In this document: positions 1 through 7,683 of the stretch, piece after piece
Layout of the letters: every line of letters begins with the position of its first letter
How positions within the stretch are numbered: position 1 is the stretch's first letter
Source of the DNA: an uncultured Steroidobacteraceae bacterium
GTDB lineage: Bacteria > Pseudomonadota > Gammaproteobacteria > Steroidobacterales > Steroidobacteraceae
Direction of reading: 5' to 3'
Assembly: GCA_964600535.1 (NCBI GenBank)
Contig: CAZRLI010000001.1
Span: forward strand, 1-29,058
Length of the DNA: 29,058 bases
Notes under the pieces: generated by a model
What the model saw: only the letters and a program-made list of their open reading frames with translations
What the model was told of the DNA's origin: nothing
Databases searched by the model: none
Made by a program: the position numbers and the translations under genes

Positions 1-2
1 TC

Positions 3-263
3 CTCTTCAAGAAGGGCATCCCGGAAGAAGTGCACATCGAGGACGTCAAGCAGGTCAACGGCCAGTGGTACGTCGCCGGCACTTCGGGCGTGGTGCTGGT
101 CGTCTGCGGTCTCGGCTCGACGATGCGCCAGGCGCAGGCCCAGGCCTATGCCCGCATCCGCAACATCATGATCCCCGACATGTACTATCGCGACGACATC
201 GGCGAGCGCTGGTTCGAGGACCACGATCGCCTGCACACCTGGGGCTACCTGCGCGAAGTGTGA
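3..263 (+). CDS. 5'-truncated phosphoribosylamine-glycine ligase (PurD/GARS)-like ATP-grasp protein, C-terminal domain
   Basis: Frame is open from the window edge (LFKKGIPEEVHIED...). The C-terminus VLVVCGLGSTMRQAQAQAYARIRNIMIPDMYYRDDIG resembles the GARS_C ending (…A…AY……YRxDIG). Stop TGA overlaps the next ATG (TGATG). Confidence 0.65.
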   Translation, partial: LFKKGIPEEVHIEDVKQVNGQWYVAGTSGVVLVVCGLGSTMRQAQAQAYARIRNIMIPDMYYRDDIGERWFEDHDRLHTWGYLREV

Positions 264-865
264 TGAGCGGCCGCTTCGATCGCGCCTACTACGAGCGCTA
301 CTACCGCGACCCTGCGAGCAGCGTCACCTCGCGCGCCGAGATGAATGCCCGTGGCCGGCTGATCGGCGCCTGTGCGCAGCACATCGGCCTGCCGGTGAAG
401 CGCATGCTCGATGCCGGTTGCGGCGTGGGGCTGCTGCGCGCACCGCTCCGGCGTGCGCTGCCGCAGGCGGTGTACACCGGCATCGACGTGAGCCCGTACC
501 TCTGCGGCCGGTACGGCTGGACGCAATCCTCGATCGAGGGTTACCGGCCGACGCGGCCATTCGACCTCGTCGTCTGCTACGACGTGCTGCAATACCTCGA
601 CGACGCGCAGGCGCCGCGCGCGCTCGCGAACCTGGCGCGCCTGTGCCGTGGCCTGCTCTACTTCAGCGCACTCACGGCCGCCGACTGGCGCCAGAACTGC
701 GACCAGTCGCGCACCGACCGCGCCGTGCACCTGCGGCGCGGCGAGTGGTACCGGGCACGCCTGCGGCGCCATTTTCGCGAGATTGGCGCCGGCTTCTGGC
801 TGCGAAGGACTGCACCGCTGCCGCTGTGGGAGCTCGAAACCGCGGGCCCGCCGGCACGCGGGTGA
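263..865 (+). CDS. Class I SAM-dependent methyltransferase (200 aa)
   Basis: ATG at 263 overlaps the upstream stop. Motif I MLDAGCGVG, then GIDVS and FDLVVCYDVLQYL. The ORF-track start at 65 is an upstream extension inside the previous gene. Confidence 0.85.
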   Translation: MSGRFDRAYYERYYRDPASSVTSRAEMNARGRLIGACAQHIGLPVKRMLDAGCGVGLLRAPLRRALPQAVYTGIDVSPYLCGRYGWTQSSIEGYRPTRPFDLVVCYDVLQYLDDAQAPRALANLARLCRGLLYFSALTAADWRQNCDQSRTDRAVHLRRGEWYRARLRRHFREIGAGFWLRRTAPLPLWELETAGPPARG

Positions 866-869
866 TGGC

Positions 870-1310
870 TCACGTCGCCGTGAGGCCGAGTATCGCGCAG
901 TAGCGCTCGTTGCAATCGGCGCAGCGGCCCTGCGAGCTGCACCAGCGCAGGCTCTTGCCGTCGACGCGACCCCAGAAGTGGCCGGCTTCGTCCGCGTCGA
1001 GCTCGCGCAGCAGCGCGAGGAAGCTGCGGTTCGGCCCGCCGCCGACGGCGCGCCAGTGACCGGCCTCGTCAAGGGCATGGATCCGCCAGTCGCCGTGGGC
1101 CGCGTTGAAGCGGAACTGCGCGATGGCGAGCAGCGAGTGCGTACCGGGCACGCCGCAAAAAGGCCGGATCTCGCATACGGTGACCCGATCCGCCTCGATG
1201 CGGTAGCCTAGCTGCACCGGATGGCGCGCACGGGGCGGGCAGATGCGCGCGCAGTACCGTGCCAGCAACCGGTCCACGAGGCGAGCAGTGTGCAGCGGGA
1301 TGTGCGTCAC
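870..1310 (-). CDS. DUF3024-like protein with Cys-rich C-terminal extension (146 aa)
   Basis: GTG start inferred at 1310 (MTHIPLHTARLVDRLL). The pattern RYCARICPP..QLGYRIE..IAQFRF..W..LLRELDAD..FWG matches my recollection of DUF3024. The tail carries four Cys. Confidence 0.65.
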   Translation of the reverse strand: MTHIPLHTARLVDRLLARYCARICPPRARHPVQLGYRIEADRVTVCEIRPFCGVPGTHSLLAIAQFRFNAAHGDWRIHALDEAGHWRAVGGGPNRSFLALLRELDADEAGHFWGRVDGKSLRWCSSQGRCADCNERYCAILGLTAT

Positions 1311-1317
1311 GACCGCG

Positions 1318-1327
1318 AATTTAACGT
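1318..1327. promoter_or_regulatory. Overlapping back-to-back -10-like hexamers (TAAATT on minus, TAACGT on plus) in a 36-bp divergent spacer
   Basis: AT-rich patch gaatttaacgtcatt lies between the divergent starts at 1310 and 1347. Both hexamers fit TAnnnT. Confidence 0.45.
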
Positions 1328-1346
1328 CATTCCGGGCTGGAGGGGG

Positions 1347-1925
1347 ATGCTCCTGGCCGGCGCGGTGCTGCTGGCCGGCTACCAGTGGGCGCAGTCGCGC
1401 CCGATCGAGCGTCGCCCCGGCGTGATCGCAGCCGACGAGCCCGCGCAGACGGTGCTCGACGCGATCGAGTCCCTCGATGCAGGCCACGACTATCGCCTGA
1501 CACCGCGTGCGCGCTTCAGTGCGGTCGTACGCGTGCTCGCACGCGAGCGCTACTACATCGATGCGCTGGCGCCGGTCGCGCCGGTGGACCTCGCGGTCGG
1601 CTGGGGGCCGATGTCGGACAGCAGGGTCCTTGCGGCGATCGAGATCTCGCAGTCAAACCGCTTCTACTACTGGCACGCCGATGAATTGCCCCTGCCACGG
1701 GGCGAAATCGAATCGCATTCGGCGAACTGGCACATCGTGCCGGCCAGCGCGGCCGTCAACCGGGTGCTGCGGGGCGTGCGCGTGGGGGACGTGGTGCGGA
1801 TCGAAGGCGAGCTCGTCGACGTGGACGGGCCCGACGGGGGCGCCGCGCGCACCTCGCTGCGGCGCGATGACACCGGCGCCGGTGCCTGCGAGATCATCCT
1901 CGCGCGGTCGCTTGCGATATCCTAG
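1347..1925 (+). CDS. Conserved hypothetical membrane-anchored/exported protein (192 aa)
   Basis: ATG follows GGAGGGGG. Hydrophobic N-terminus MLLAGAVLLAGYQW. Protein-like motifs WGPMSD, QSNRFYYW, SHSANWHIVPA and host-like codon usage. Confidence 0.75.
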   Translation: MLLAGAVLLAGYQWAQSRPIERRPGVIAADEPAQTVLDAIESLDAGHDYRLTPRARFSAVVRVLARERYYIDALAPVAPVDLAVGWGPMSDSRVLAAIEISQSNRFYYWHADELPLPRGEIESHSANWHIVPASAAVNRVLRGVRVGDVVRIEGELVDVDGPDGGAARTSLRRDDTGAGACEIILARSLAIS

Positions 1926-1929
1926 CCGC

Positions 1930-2319
1930 ATGATCGCCAGCCTTTCGGGCGTGCAGGCCCTCAGGCCCGTGACCGGACCCCTCAACCTGGTCCTCCAGGG
2001 TCGCGAAGTCGGCACCTGCTCGAACGCGACCGAGGTCGCATTCGCGGGCGCCGCCGGCGACGTACCCGACGACCTCGAGTACGCTGAAATCCAGCCCGCT
2101 GGCGCAGCGGCAGGCGCGTGGTCGGTGCGCACCGCACGCGGCGAGTTCATCGTGCACGCGCGCAGCATGCACCTGCACCGCGACGTGTCGATCGCGCTGC
2201 GAACCCTGTTGCCGCGCCAGGAACCGCCGCGGCTGCGCCGGCTCGCCTGGAGGTGGTTGCCGGCCATCGCCGGCTCGCCGGTTGGCCGCCGGCTGCTGCT
2301 CGCGGTGCGAGGGCGCTGA
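1930..2319 (+). CDS. Hypothetical protein (129 aa) with basic amphipathic C-terminus
   Basis: ATG 4 nt after the previous stop, in the frame of track ORF 1507..2319. Natural amino-acid composition, unlike the upstream extension. Confidence 0.6.
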   Translation: MIASLSGVQALRPVTGPLNLVLQGREVGTCSNATEVAFAGAAGDVPDDLEYAEIQPAGAAAGAWSVRTARGEFIVHARSMHLHRDVSIALRTLLPRQEPPRLRRLAWRWLPAIAGSPVGRRLLLAVRGR

Positions 2320-2410
2320 CACGCCGGCAACATCTGGTGCGCCAGGCATCCTCAATCGAACCGAGTACTCATCCTTGTTACTCTCCTGACGCCTGGGGAC
2401 CTGGCCGGAT

Positions 2411-2445
2411 CCATTCGCCAGGGAAGTGCCGAGGTCGGCGAATGG
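2411..2445. repeat. Inverted repeat/hairpin (9-bp perfect stem, 17-nt loop) upstream of the aldolase operon
   Basis: CCATTCGCC (2411-2419) and GGCGAATGG (2437-2445) are exact reverse complements. Confidence 0.6.
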
Positions 2446-2554
2446 TCGTGGTGACCGCGGAATTCCCCGGCGCGGGTTGGCAGACGGCGGAGCGAATTCG
2501 GGGTGTCATGACCCGGTTCCCCGGGGCAGCTTGAACGACTGAAGGCAATGCGCC

Positions 2555-3508
2555 ATGAAATACAGCAAGCGCGACGCGAAGGATCATGCGCGCCGATACC
2601 TGAAAGGGATCTGGGCCGCGGCCCTGACGCCGTTTGGCGCTGATCTTCGGCTGAGTGAAGAGGGCTTTCGCCGGAATCTTCGGCACTGGATCGACGATCT
2701 CGAGATCGATGGCTTCTTCGTCGCCGGCAAGCAGGGCGAATTCTTTTCCCTGAGCGTCGCGGAACGGAAGCGCACGTTCGAGCTGGCCGTGGAGGAAACC
2801 AGGGGCCGCGCGCGCACCATCATGTCCTGTTCCGACCAGAACCTCGATGTCGTGCTCGATCTCGCCAGGCACGCCAAGGCCGTCGGCGCCGATTTCATCG
2901 TGGTCCACGCCCCGGTGCTGCATTTCGTCACGCTGCCGGATGACACCCTCTACGAGTACTACAAGTACATCAGCGAACAGATCGATATCGGCATTGCCAT
3001 GTGGAGCCACCCGGACAGCGGGTACCTGATGTCGCCTGAGCTGTGTGCGCGAATCGCCGAGCTGCCCAATATCGTGGCGATCAAGTACAGCGTGCCCCGC
3101 GACATGTACAAGCAGCTGACGGAAATTGCCGGAGACAGGCTCATCGTAAGCAGCTCCTCGGAAGAGGAGTGGCTCGACAATATCCTGGAGCTCGGCTGGA
3201 GCGTCTACCTGTGCTCGAGCCCGCCGTACCTGTTGCAGAGCGCCAAAGACAAGAGAATGCGGCAGTACACCGATCTGGCCATGAGTGGCAGGGGCGAGGA
3301 GGCCAGGAGGGTAAGAGATAGCCTGGCGCCGGTTCGCCAGGCGCTGCGGGATTCGCGCCCGGGTGGCAAGGCCCACGCGCAGCAGAAATACTGGCAGGAA
3401 CTGCTGGGACAGGCCGGCGGCCCGGTGAGGCGACCCCTGCTGCAGCTCACGGACGAAGAGCGCGAGCGCATTCGCCACGCATTCAACAACTGCGGCCTCA
3501 GGGTGTAA
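2555..3508 (+). CDS. Dihydrodipicolinate synthase/N-acetylneuraminate lyase (class I aldolase) family protein, not canonical DapA
   Basis: TPF near the N-terminus, GKQGEF (GxxGE motif), Schiff-base Lys in IVAIKYS. SD-like GAAGG upstream. Confidence 0.88.
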   Translation: MKYSKRDAKDHARRYLKGIWAAALTPFGADLRLSEEGFRRNLRHWIDDLEIDGFFVAGKQGEFFSLSVAERKRTFELAVEETRGRARTIMSCSDQNLDVVLDLARHAKAVGADFIVVHAPVLHFVTLPDDTLYEYYKYISEQIDIGIAMWSHPDSGYLMSPELCARIAELPNIVAIKYSVPRDMYKQLTEIAGDRLIVSSSSEEEWLDNILELGWSVYLCSSPPYLLQSAKDKRMRQYTDLAMSGRGEEARRVRDSLAPVRQALRDSRPGGKAHAQQKYWQELLGQAGGPVRRPLLQLTDEERERIRHAFNNCGLRV

Positions 3509-3554
3509 CTTTCTCGACGCGGGTCGCCTCCAGTGGACCCCGAGGAATTGAGCC

Positions 3555-4118
3555 ATGAACCTGAAGTACGGACTGCCCAGGAACCTGCTGGGCTGGGTTG
3601 ACGCCAACCGCGCCCGCCTCAAGCCGCCGGTCAACAACGCCGCGCTCTACCCGGACGGCAACTACATCATCAACATGGTGGGCGGCGGTAACACGCGCAC
3701 CGACTTTCACCACAATCCGACCGAGGAGATCTTTCACCAGATCAAGGGTACGGCCTACATCGAGATCTGGGATCGCGGCAAGTTCGACCGCGTCGACCTC
3801 AGGGAAGGTGATGTCTGGCTGATGGAGGCAAACCTGCATCACTCGCCGCAGCGCCCCGACCCGAACGGGCTGTGCTTCCTGGTCGAGCTCAGGCGCCCCA
3901 AGGGCGTGCTGGATTCATTCAACTGGTATTGCCCGCGCTGTGCGACCCTGGTGTGGGGCAGCAGCGTGGAGCTGCAGGACCTCGTGGCGGACCTGCCGCG
4001 TACCTTCGAGGTCTTTTATGCCCTGAATGACACCGAGCGCACCTGCCGGCACTGCGGCACCGTTCACCCGGGGCGCGACTACGCTGCCTGGCATGCCATC
4101 CGCACAGCCAACCCCTGA
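3555..4118 (+). CDS. nbaC: 3-hydroxyanthranilate 3,4-dioxygenase
   Basis: LKPPVNN, GGGNTRTDFHHNPTEE (Arg plus Fe ligands His/Glu), HSPQR, and the rubredoxin-like site WYCPRC...TCRHCG. SD GAGGA. Confidence 0.92.
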   Translation: MNLKYGLPRNLLGWVDANRARLKPPVNNAALYPDGNYIINMVGGGNTRTDFHHNPTEEIFHQIKGTAYIEIWDRGKFDRVDLREGDVWLMEANLHHSPQRPDPNGLCFLVELRRPKGVLDSFNWYCPRCATLVWGSSVELQDLVADLPRTFEVFYALNDTERTCRHCGTVHPGRDYAAWHAIRTANP

Positions 4119-4136
4119 GAACGGGCCCTGGGGCCG

Positions 4137-4970
4137 GTGAGCGACACCCAACGACAGTCCGGCAGCACCGTGCACAAGGATGTGGTGCTGGTCGGGTGCG
4201 GCGCGATGGCCCGCTTCGTCTTGCGCGGCGTCGCGGGCGATGCCGCTATCCGCATCTCGAAGGTACTGGTCAGGCCGGAGAGCCTGGCTGTCGCCAGGGG
4301 CCTTCTGCCGTCCGGTACGGCTGCCATCACTTCCCTGGACGAGCTGCAGGTTGCCCCGGACCTCCTTCTCGAGCTCGCCAGCCACGCTGCAGTGGCTGCA
4401 ATCATTCCCCAGGCGCTCGAGCGAGGATTTCGAGTGGTCATCGCATCCACCGGTGCACTGGCGGATGATCGACTACGGGAGCAGGTGATCCGCAGCGCGT
4501 GCCGCGGCGGTACGCAACTGGGGCTCTTGCCGGGCGCCATCGGCGCCCTGGACGTGCTCTCGGCGCACCGGGAAGCGGGGCTTGAAAGCGTTCTCTACAC
4601 GGGCACCAAGCAGCCGACGGCGTGGCGAAACACGCCTGCGGCCGACCGGCTGGACCTCGGGCGGATCGAGTCGCCGGTGACGATTTTCGAAGGCACAGCC
4701 CGGGATGCGGCCTTGCTTTACCCCCGGAATGCGAACGTGGCCGCAACCCTGGCCCTTGCAGGCATGGGTTTCGATCTAACGCGGGTACGGCTGGTTGCCG
4801 ATCCGGGCGCAAGCGCGAGCATCCACAGAATAGAGGCGACTTCCGCGGCGGGAAGGTTCTCCGTTGAGCTGGCCAGCGAACCCCTTCCGGACAACCCCAG
4901 GACTTCCGCCGTGACCGCTTACAGCGCCCTGCGCTTGCTGCGAAATCTCGTGGAACCGCTCTGCCTCTGA
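4137..4970 (+). CDS. nadX: L-aspartate dehydrogenase (NadX) family protein (alternative GTG start at 4170)
   Basis: Rossmann motif VGCGAMA, GAIGALD, YTGTKQP, FEGTARDAA..YPRNANVAAT, IHRIEA, PDNPRTSA. Confidence 0.88.
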   Translation: MSDTQRQSGSTVHKDVVLVGCGAMARFVLRGVAGDAAIRISKVLVRPESLAVARGLLPSGTAAITSLDELQVAPDLLLELASHAAVAAIIPQALERGFRVVIASTGALADDRLREQVIRSACRGGTQLGLLPGAIGALDVLSAHREAGLESVLYTGTKQPTAWRNTPAADRLDLGRIESPVTIFEGTARDAALLYPRNANVAATLALAGMGFDLTRVRLVADPGASASIHRIEATSAAGRFSVELASEPLPDNPRTSAVTAYSALRLLRNLVEPLCL

Positions 4971-4984
4971 GCCCTGCCTTGCGC

Positions 4985-5941
4985 CTACGCCGGGTGGCGT
5001 GCCGCGATGTTCCTGCCGACGGTCCTCAGGCAGCCCAGGAAAGCGGCCGCGGCCGGGGGTAATGTGCCCGTCGCGCGCATGATCACTCCCACCGGACGTA
5101 CCGTCCCCTTGAGCCTCACGGGCAGGATGGATATGAGACCGTGGTCCACGTCATCCAGCGCAACCTGCATCGGCAGTACGCCGATGTAGTCCGTCTGCCT
5201 GATGAGTGACCGGTTCGCGGTGGTCGACATGGATTCGATGACGTTGAGCGGCAATGGCAGTCCCGCCGCATCGAACGCCCTCTCGACTTGCCGCCGCAAT
5301 GCCGTCTCCGACACCGGCATCAGCCAGGGTTCGTCATAGAGGTCCCGCAGTGCGAGGCGCTTCCTCTTCGTGAGCGGATGCCCGGAGCGGACGACCAGGC
5401 AAGCGGGTTCCGAATAGAAGCGTTCGTAACGCAGGTAGCGCGTTCTTCCGACTTCCGGAAGCCGCCCCAACACGAAGTCGATATCTCCTGCGGTCAGTGC
5501 AGGCAGCAGCACATCATAGGTTCCCTCGAGGACGGTGATCGCGATCCTGGGGCGGTCCTTCTTCAGCATCGCCATCGCCTCCGGCAGCAGCCGTGCCGAG
5601 CCCGACAACAGAGTGCCCACGTAGACGTGACCACTGTATCCGCTACTCAGGTTGTCCAGTTCTTCGGCGCAATGGCGCAGCTGCGCCAGGATGATCTTCG
5701 CGTGCCGACTGAATATTTCGCCGTAAGGTGTCGCGTTCAATCCGCGATTGGTCCGCTCGAAGAGGGGCAGGCCGAGCGTCCCCTCGATATCCTTCAACGA
5801 CTTCGTGACGGCGGGCTGGGTCAGGTTCAGGTGGCGCGCCGCCTTCAGGATGCTGCGCTGGTCGTAGACCTTCGCCACCAGTTCCAGATGGCGGAGGCGA
5901 AGCTTCCGGGCAATCCAGCGCTCGAGTCGTTGATTTGACAT
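4985..5941 (-). CDS. LysR-type transcriptional regulator (GbpR/GalR/PcaQ-like), 318 aa
   Basis: HTH LRLRHLELV..SILKAARHLNLTQPAVTKSLKDIE..LFERTNRG..TPYG, followed by a substrate-binding domain. Start inferred at MSNQRLER. Confidence 0.93.
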   Translation of the reverse strand: MSNQRLERWIARKLRLRHLELVAKVYDQRSILKAARHLNLTQPAVTKSLKDIEGTLGLPLFERTNRGLNATPYGEIFSRHAKIILAQLRHCAEELDNLSSGYSGHVYVGTLLSGSARLLPEAMAMLKKDRPRIAITVLEGTYDVLLPALTAGDIDFVLGRLPEVGRTRYLRYERFYSEPACLVVRSGHPLTKRKRLALRDLYDEPWLMPVSETALRRQVERAFDAAGLPLPLNVIESMSTTANRSLIRQTDYIGVLPMQVALDDVDHGLISILPVRLKGTVRPVGVIMRATGTLPPAAAAFLGCLRTVGRNIAARHPA

Positions 5942-6142
5942 CCTGGGTACTTGCGATCGCCCATCTTCTTCGACGGAGCCCCGCAACCTGGCGAGGTATC
6001 GTCCGCTGCCGGCGGCGGAGCGGGAAACGCCCGCGCAGGGCCCGTGAAGCCACATTGTTGTGGCGGCGGGATCGCCCGTCAAACATCCTGGCTGGCCCGA
6101 AGCGCGGCAGTCCCGTGCAGGACAGCGCACGTCCGCAGCCCG

Positions 6143-6169
6143 GCTGGTATCACTGTCTCCCATACCAGC
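6143..6169. promoter_or_regulatory. Candidate LysR operator: 8-bp inverted repeat GCTGGTAT-N11-ATACCAGC
   Basis: Perfect IR containing a T-N11-A core (T6150/A6162), in the divergent lysR/ALDH spacer and next to an AT-rich patch (gggtttaattcatt). Confidence 0.5.
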
Positions 6170-6246
6170 GCGGGTTTAATTCATTGGATCCTGTCGTCGC
6201 CGCGTGCAAGTCTGGCGGCCTGAAGTCCGGAGCCGCGAGGCGAGCG

Positions 6247-7683
6247 ATGAATGCCTATCCGGAGTTGCGCCTGTACATCGACGGGCAATGGCGCACGGCC
6301 CGCAATGAACTGCCGGTCCTGAACCCGGCAACGGAAGAGGAGATCGGGCGTGTCCCTCATGCCGATGAGGGCGACCTCGACGATGCACTGGAGGCCGCCG
6401 CAAGGGGGCTCAGGACATGGCGCCAGGCTCCTCCATCCGAGCGCGCCGGGGTCCTGCGGAAGGCCGCTGCGCTCATGCGCAAGCGACAGGAGGAAATCGC
6501 GTCGGCGATTACCGCAGAGCACGGCAAGCCGCTGGGCGAAGCCAGGCTCGAGGTCATCCGTGGCTGTGAATTCCTGGAATGGGATGCGGGCGAAGCGACC
6601 CGCACCTATGGGCGCGTGATACCCAGCGCACCGGGCATCAAGTACATCGTGCACCACGAGCCCATCGGGACAGTGGCCGCCTTTTCGCCCTGGAACTTCC
6701 CGATGAGCCAACCTTGCCGGAAGATCTCGGCTGCGATCGCCGCCGGTTGCTCCATCATCCAGAAGCCTGCCGAAGAGACGCCTGCCGGTGCCCTGCACAT
6801 TGCGAGGGCGCTCCACGATGCGGGCCTCCCCCCGGGCGTGTTGAACATGGTGTTCGGCTCGCCCGGGCAGATCTCGGAGTATCTGATCAGACAGGACCAG
6901 GTGCGGCTGGTTGCATTCACCGGCTCCACGGCAGTCGGCAAGCATCTCAGTACCCTGGCCGCGCAACACATGACCCCCGTGTTGATGGAGCTGGGTGGCC
7001 ACGCACCGGTGGTCGTGTGCGAAGACACCGATGTCCAGCCCGCAGCCATCAGCAGCGCGGAAAGAAAGATGCGCAATGCGGGCCAGGTCTGTACTTCGCC
7101 GACCCGCTTCTTCGTGCACGAATCCATATTCGAGGAGTACACGGACGCATTCGTGCGCCGTGCCGCGGGCTTGACCGTCGGCAACGGAGCGGGCGCCGGC
7201 GTGGAGATGGGCCCGCTCGCCAATCACCGCAGGATCGAAGCGCTCACCGAACTCGTGGAGAACGCGCGACAGTGCGGTGCCGAGGTCAGGACGGGCGGTC
7301 GCAGGATAGGCAACAAGGGCTACTTCTTTGAGCCAACGGTCCTGGCCAATGTGCCCGACGCTGCCCGGGTGATGCAGGTCGAGCCCTTCGGGCCGCTGGC
7401 GGTCATCAATCCCGTGGCGTCCCTGGACGAAGCCATCGAGAAGGCGAACTCCGTACCTTATGGCCTGGCCGCCTATGCTTTCACGAACCGGGTCGACTAC
7501 GTCGACCGGATCGTCGACGGCCTGGAAGCCGGCAACGTGTCGATCAACACATTGGAGGCCTCGCTACCGGAAACACCCTTTGGTGGCGTCAAGTCCAGCG
7601 GTTATGGGCGTGAAGGCGGCATGGAAGGCCTGAGCCACTACATGATCGTCAAGAACGTCTCGCACAGCGTCTCGATTGTCTAG
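6247..7683 (+). CDS. NAD(P)-dependent aldehyde dehydrogenase, SSADH/alpha-ketoglutaric semialdehyde dehydrogenase (AraE-like) family, 478 aa
   Basis: PWNFP, KPAEETP, FTGST, MELGGHAP, catalytic NAGQVCTS, EPFGP, PFGGVKSSG. Start inferred at MNAYPELRLYIDG. Confidence 0.93.
   Translation: MNAYPELRLYIDGQWRTARNELPVLNPATEEEIGRVPHADEGDLDDALEAAARGLRTWRQAPPSERAGVLRKAAALMRKRQEEIASAITAEHGKPLGEARLEVIRGCEFLEWDAGEATRTYGRVIPSAPGIKYIVHHEPIGTVAAFSPWNFPMSQPCRKISAAIAAGCSIIQKPAEETPAGALHIARALHDAGLPPGVLNMVFGSPGQISEYLIRQDQVRLVAFTGSTAVGKHLSTLAAQHMTPVLMELGGHAPVVVCEDTDVQPAAISSAERKMRNAGQVCTSPTRFFVHESIFEEYTDAFVRRAAGLTVGNGAGAGVEMGPLANHRRIEALTELVENARQCGAEVRTGGRRIGNKGYFFEPTVLANVPDAARVMQVEPFGPLAVINPVASLDEAIEKANSVPYGLAAYAFTNRVDYVDRIVDGLEAGNVSINTLEASLPETPFGGVKSSGYGREGGMEGLSHYMIVKNVSHSVSIV

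Noticed and set aside
2555-3508. Annotation as lysine-pathway dapA
   Set aside because: Catalytic Tyr and the GTTGE threonines are not conserved, and the context is catabolic.
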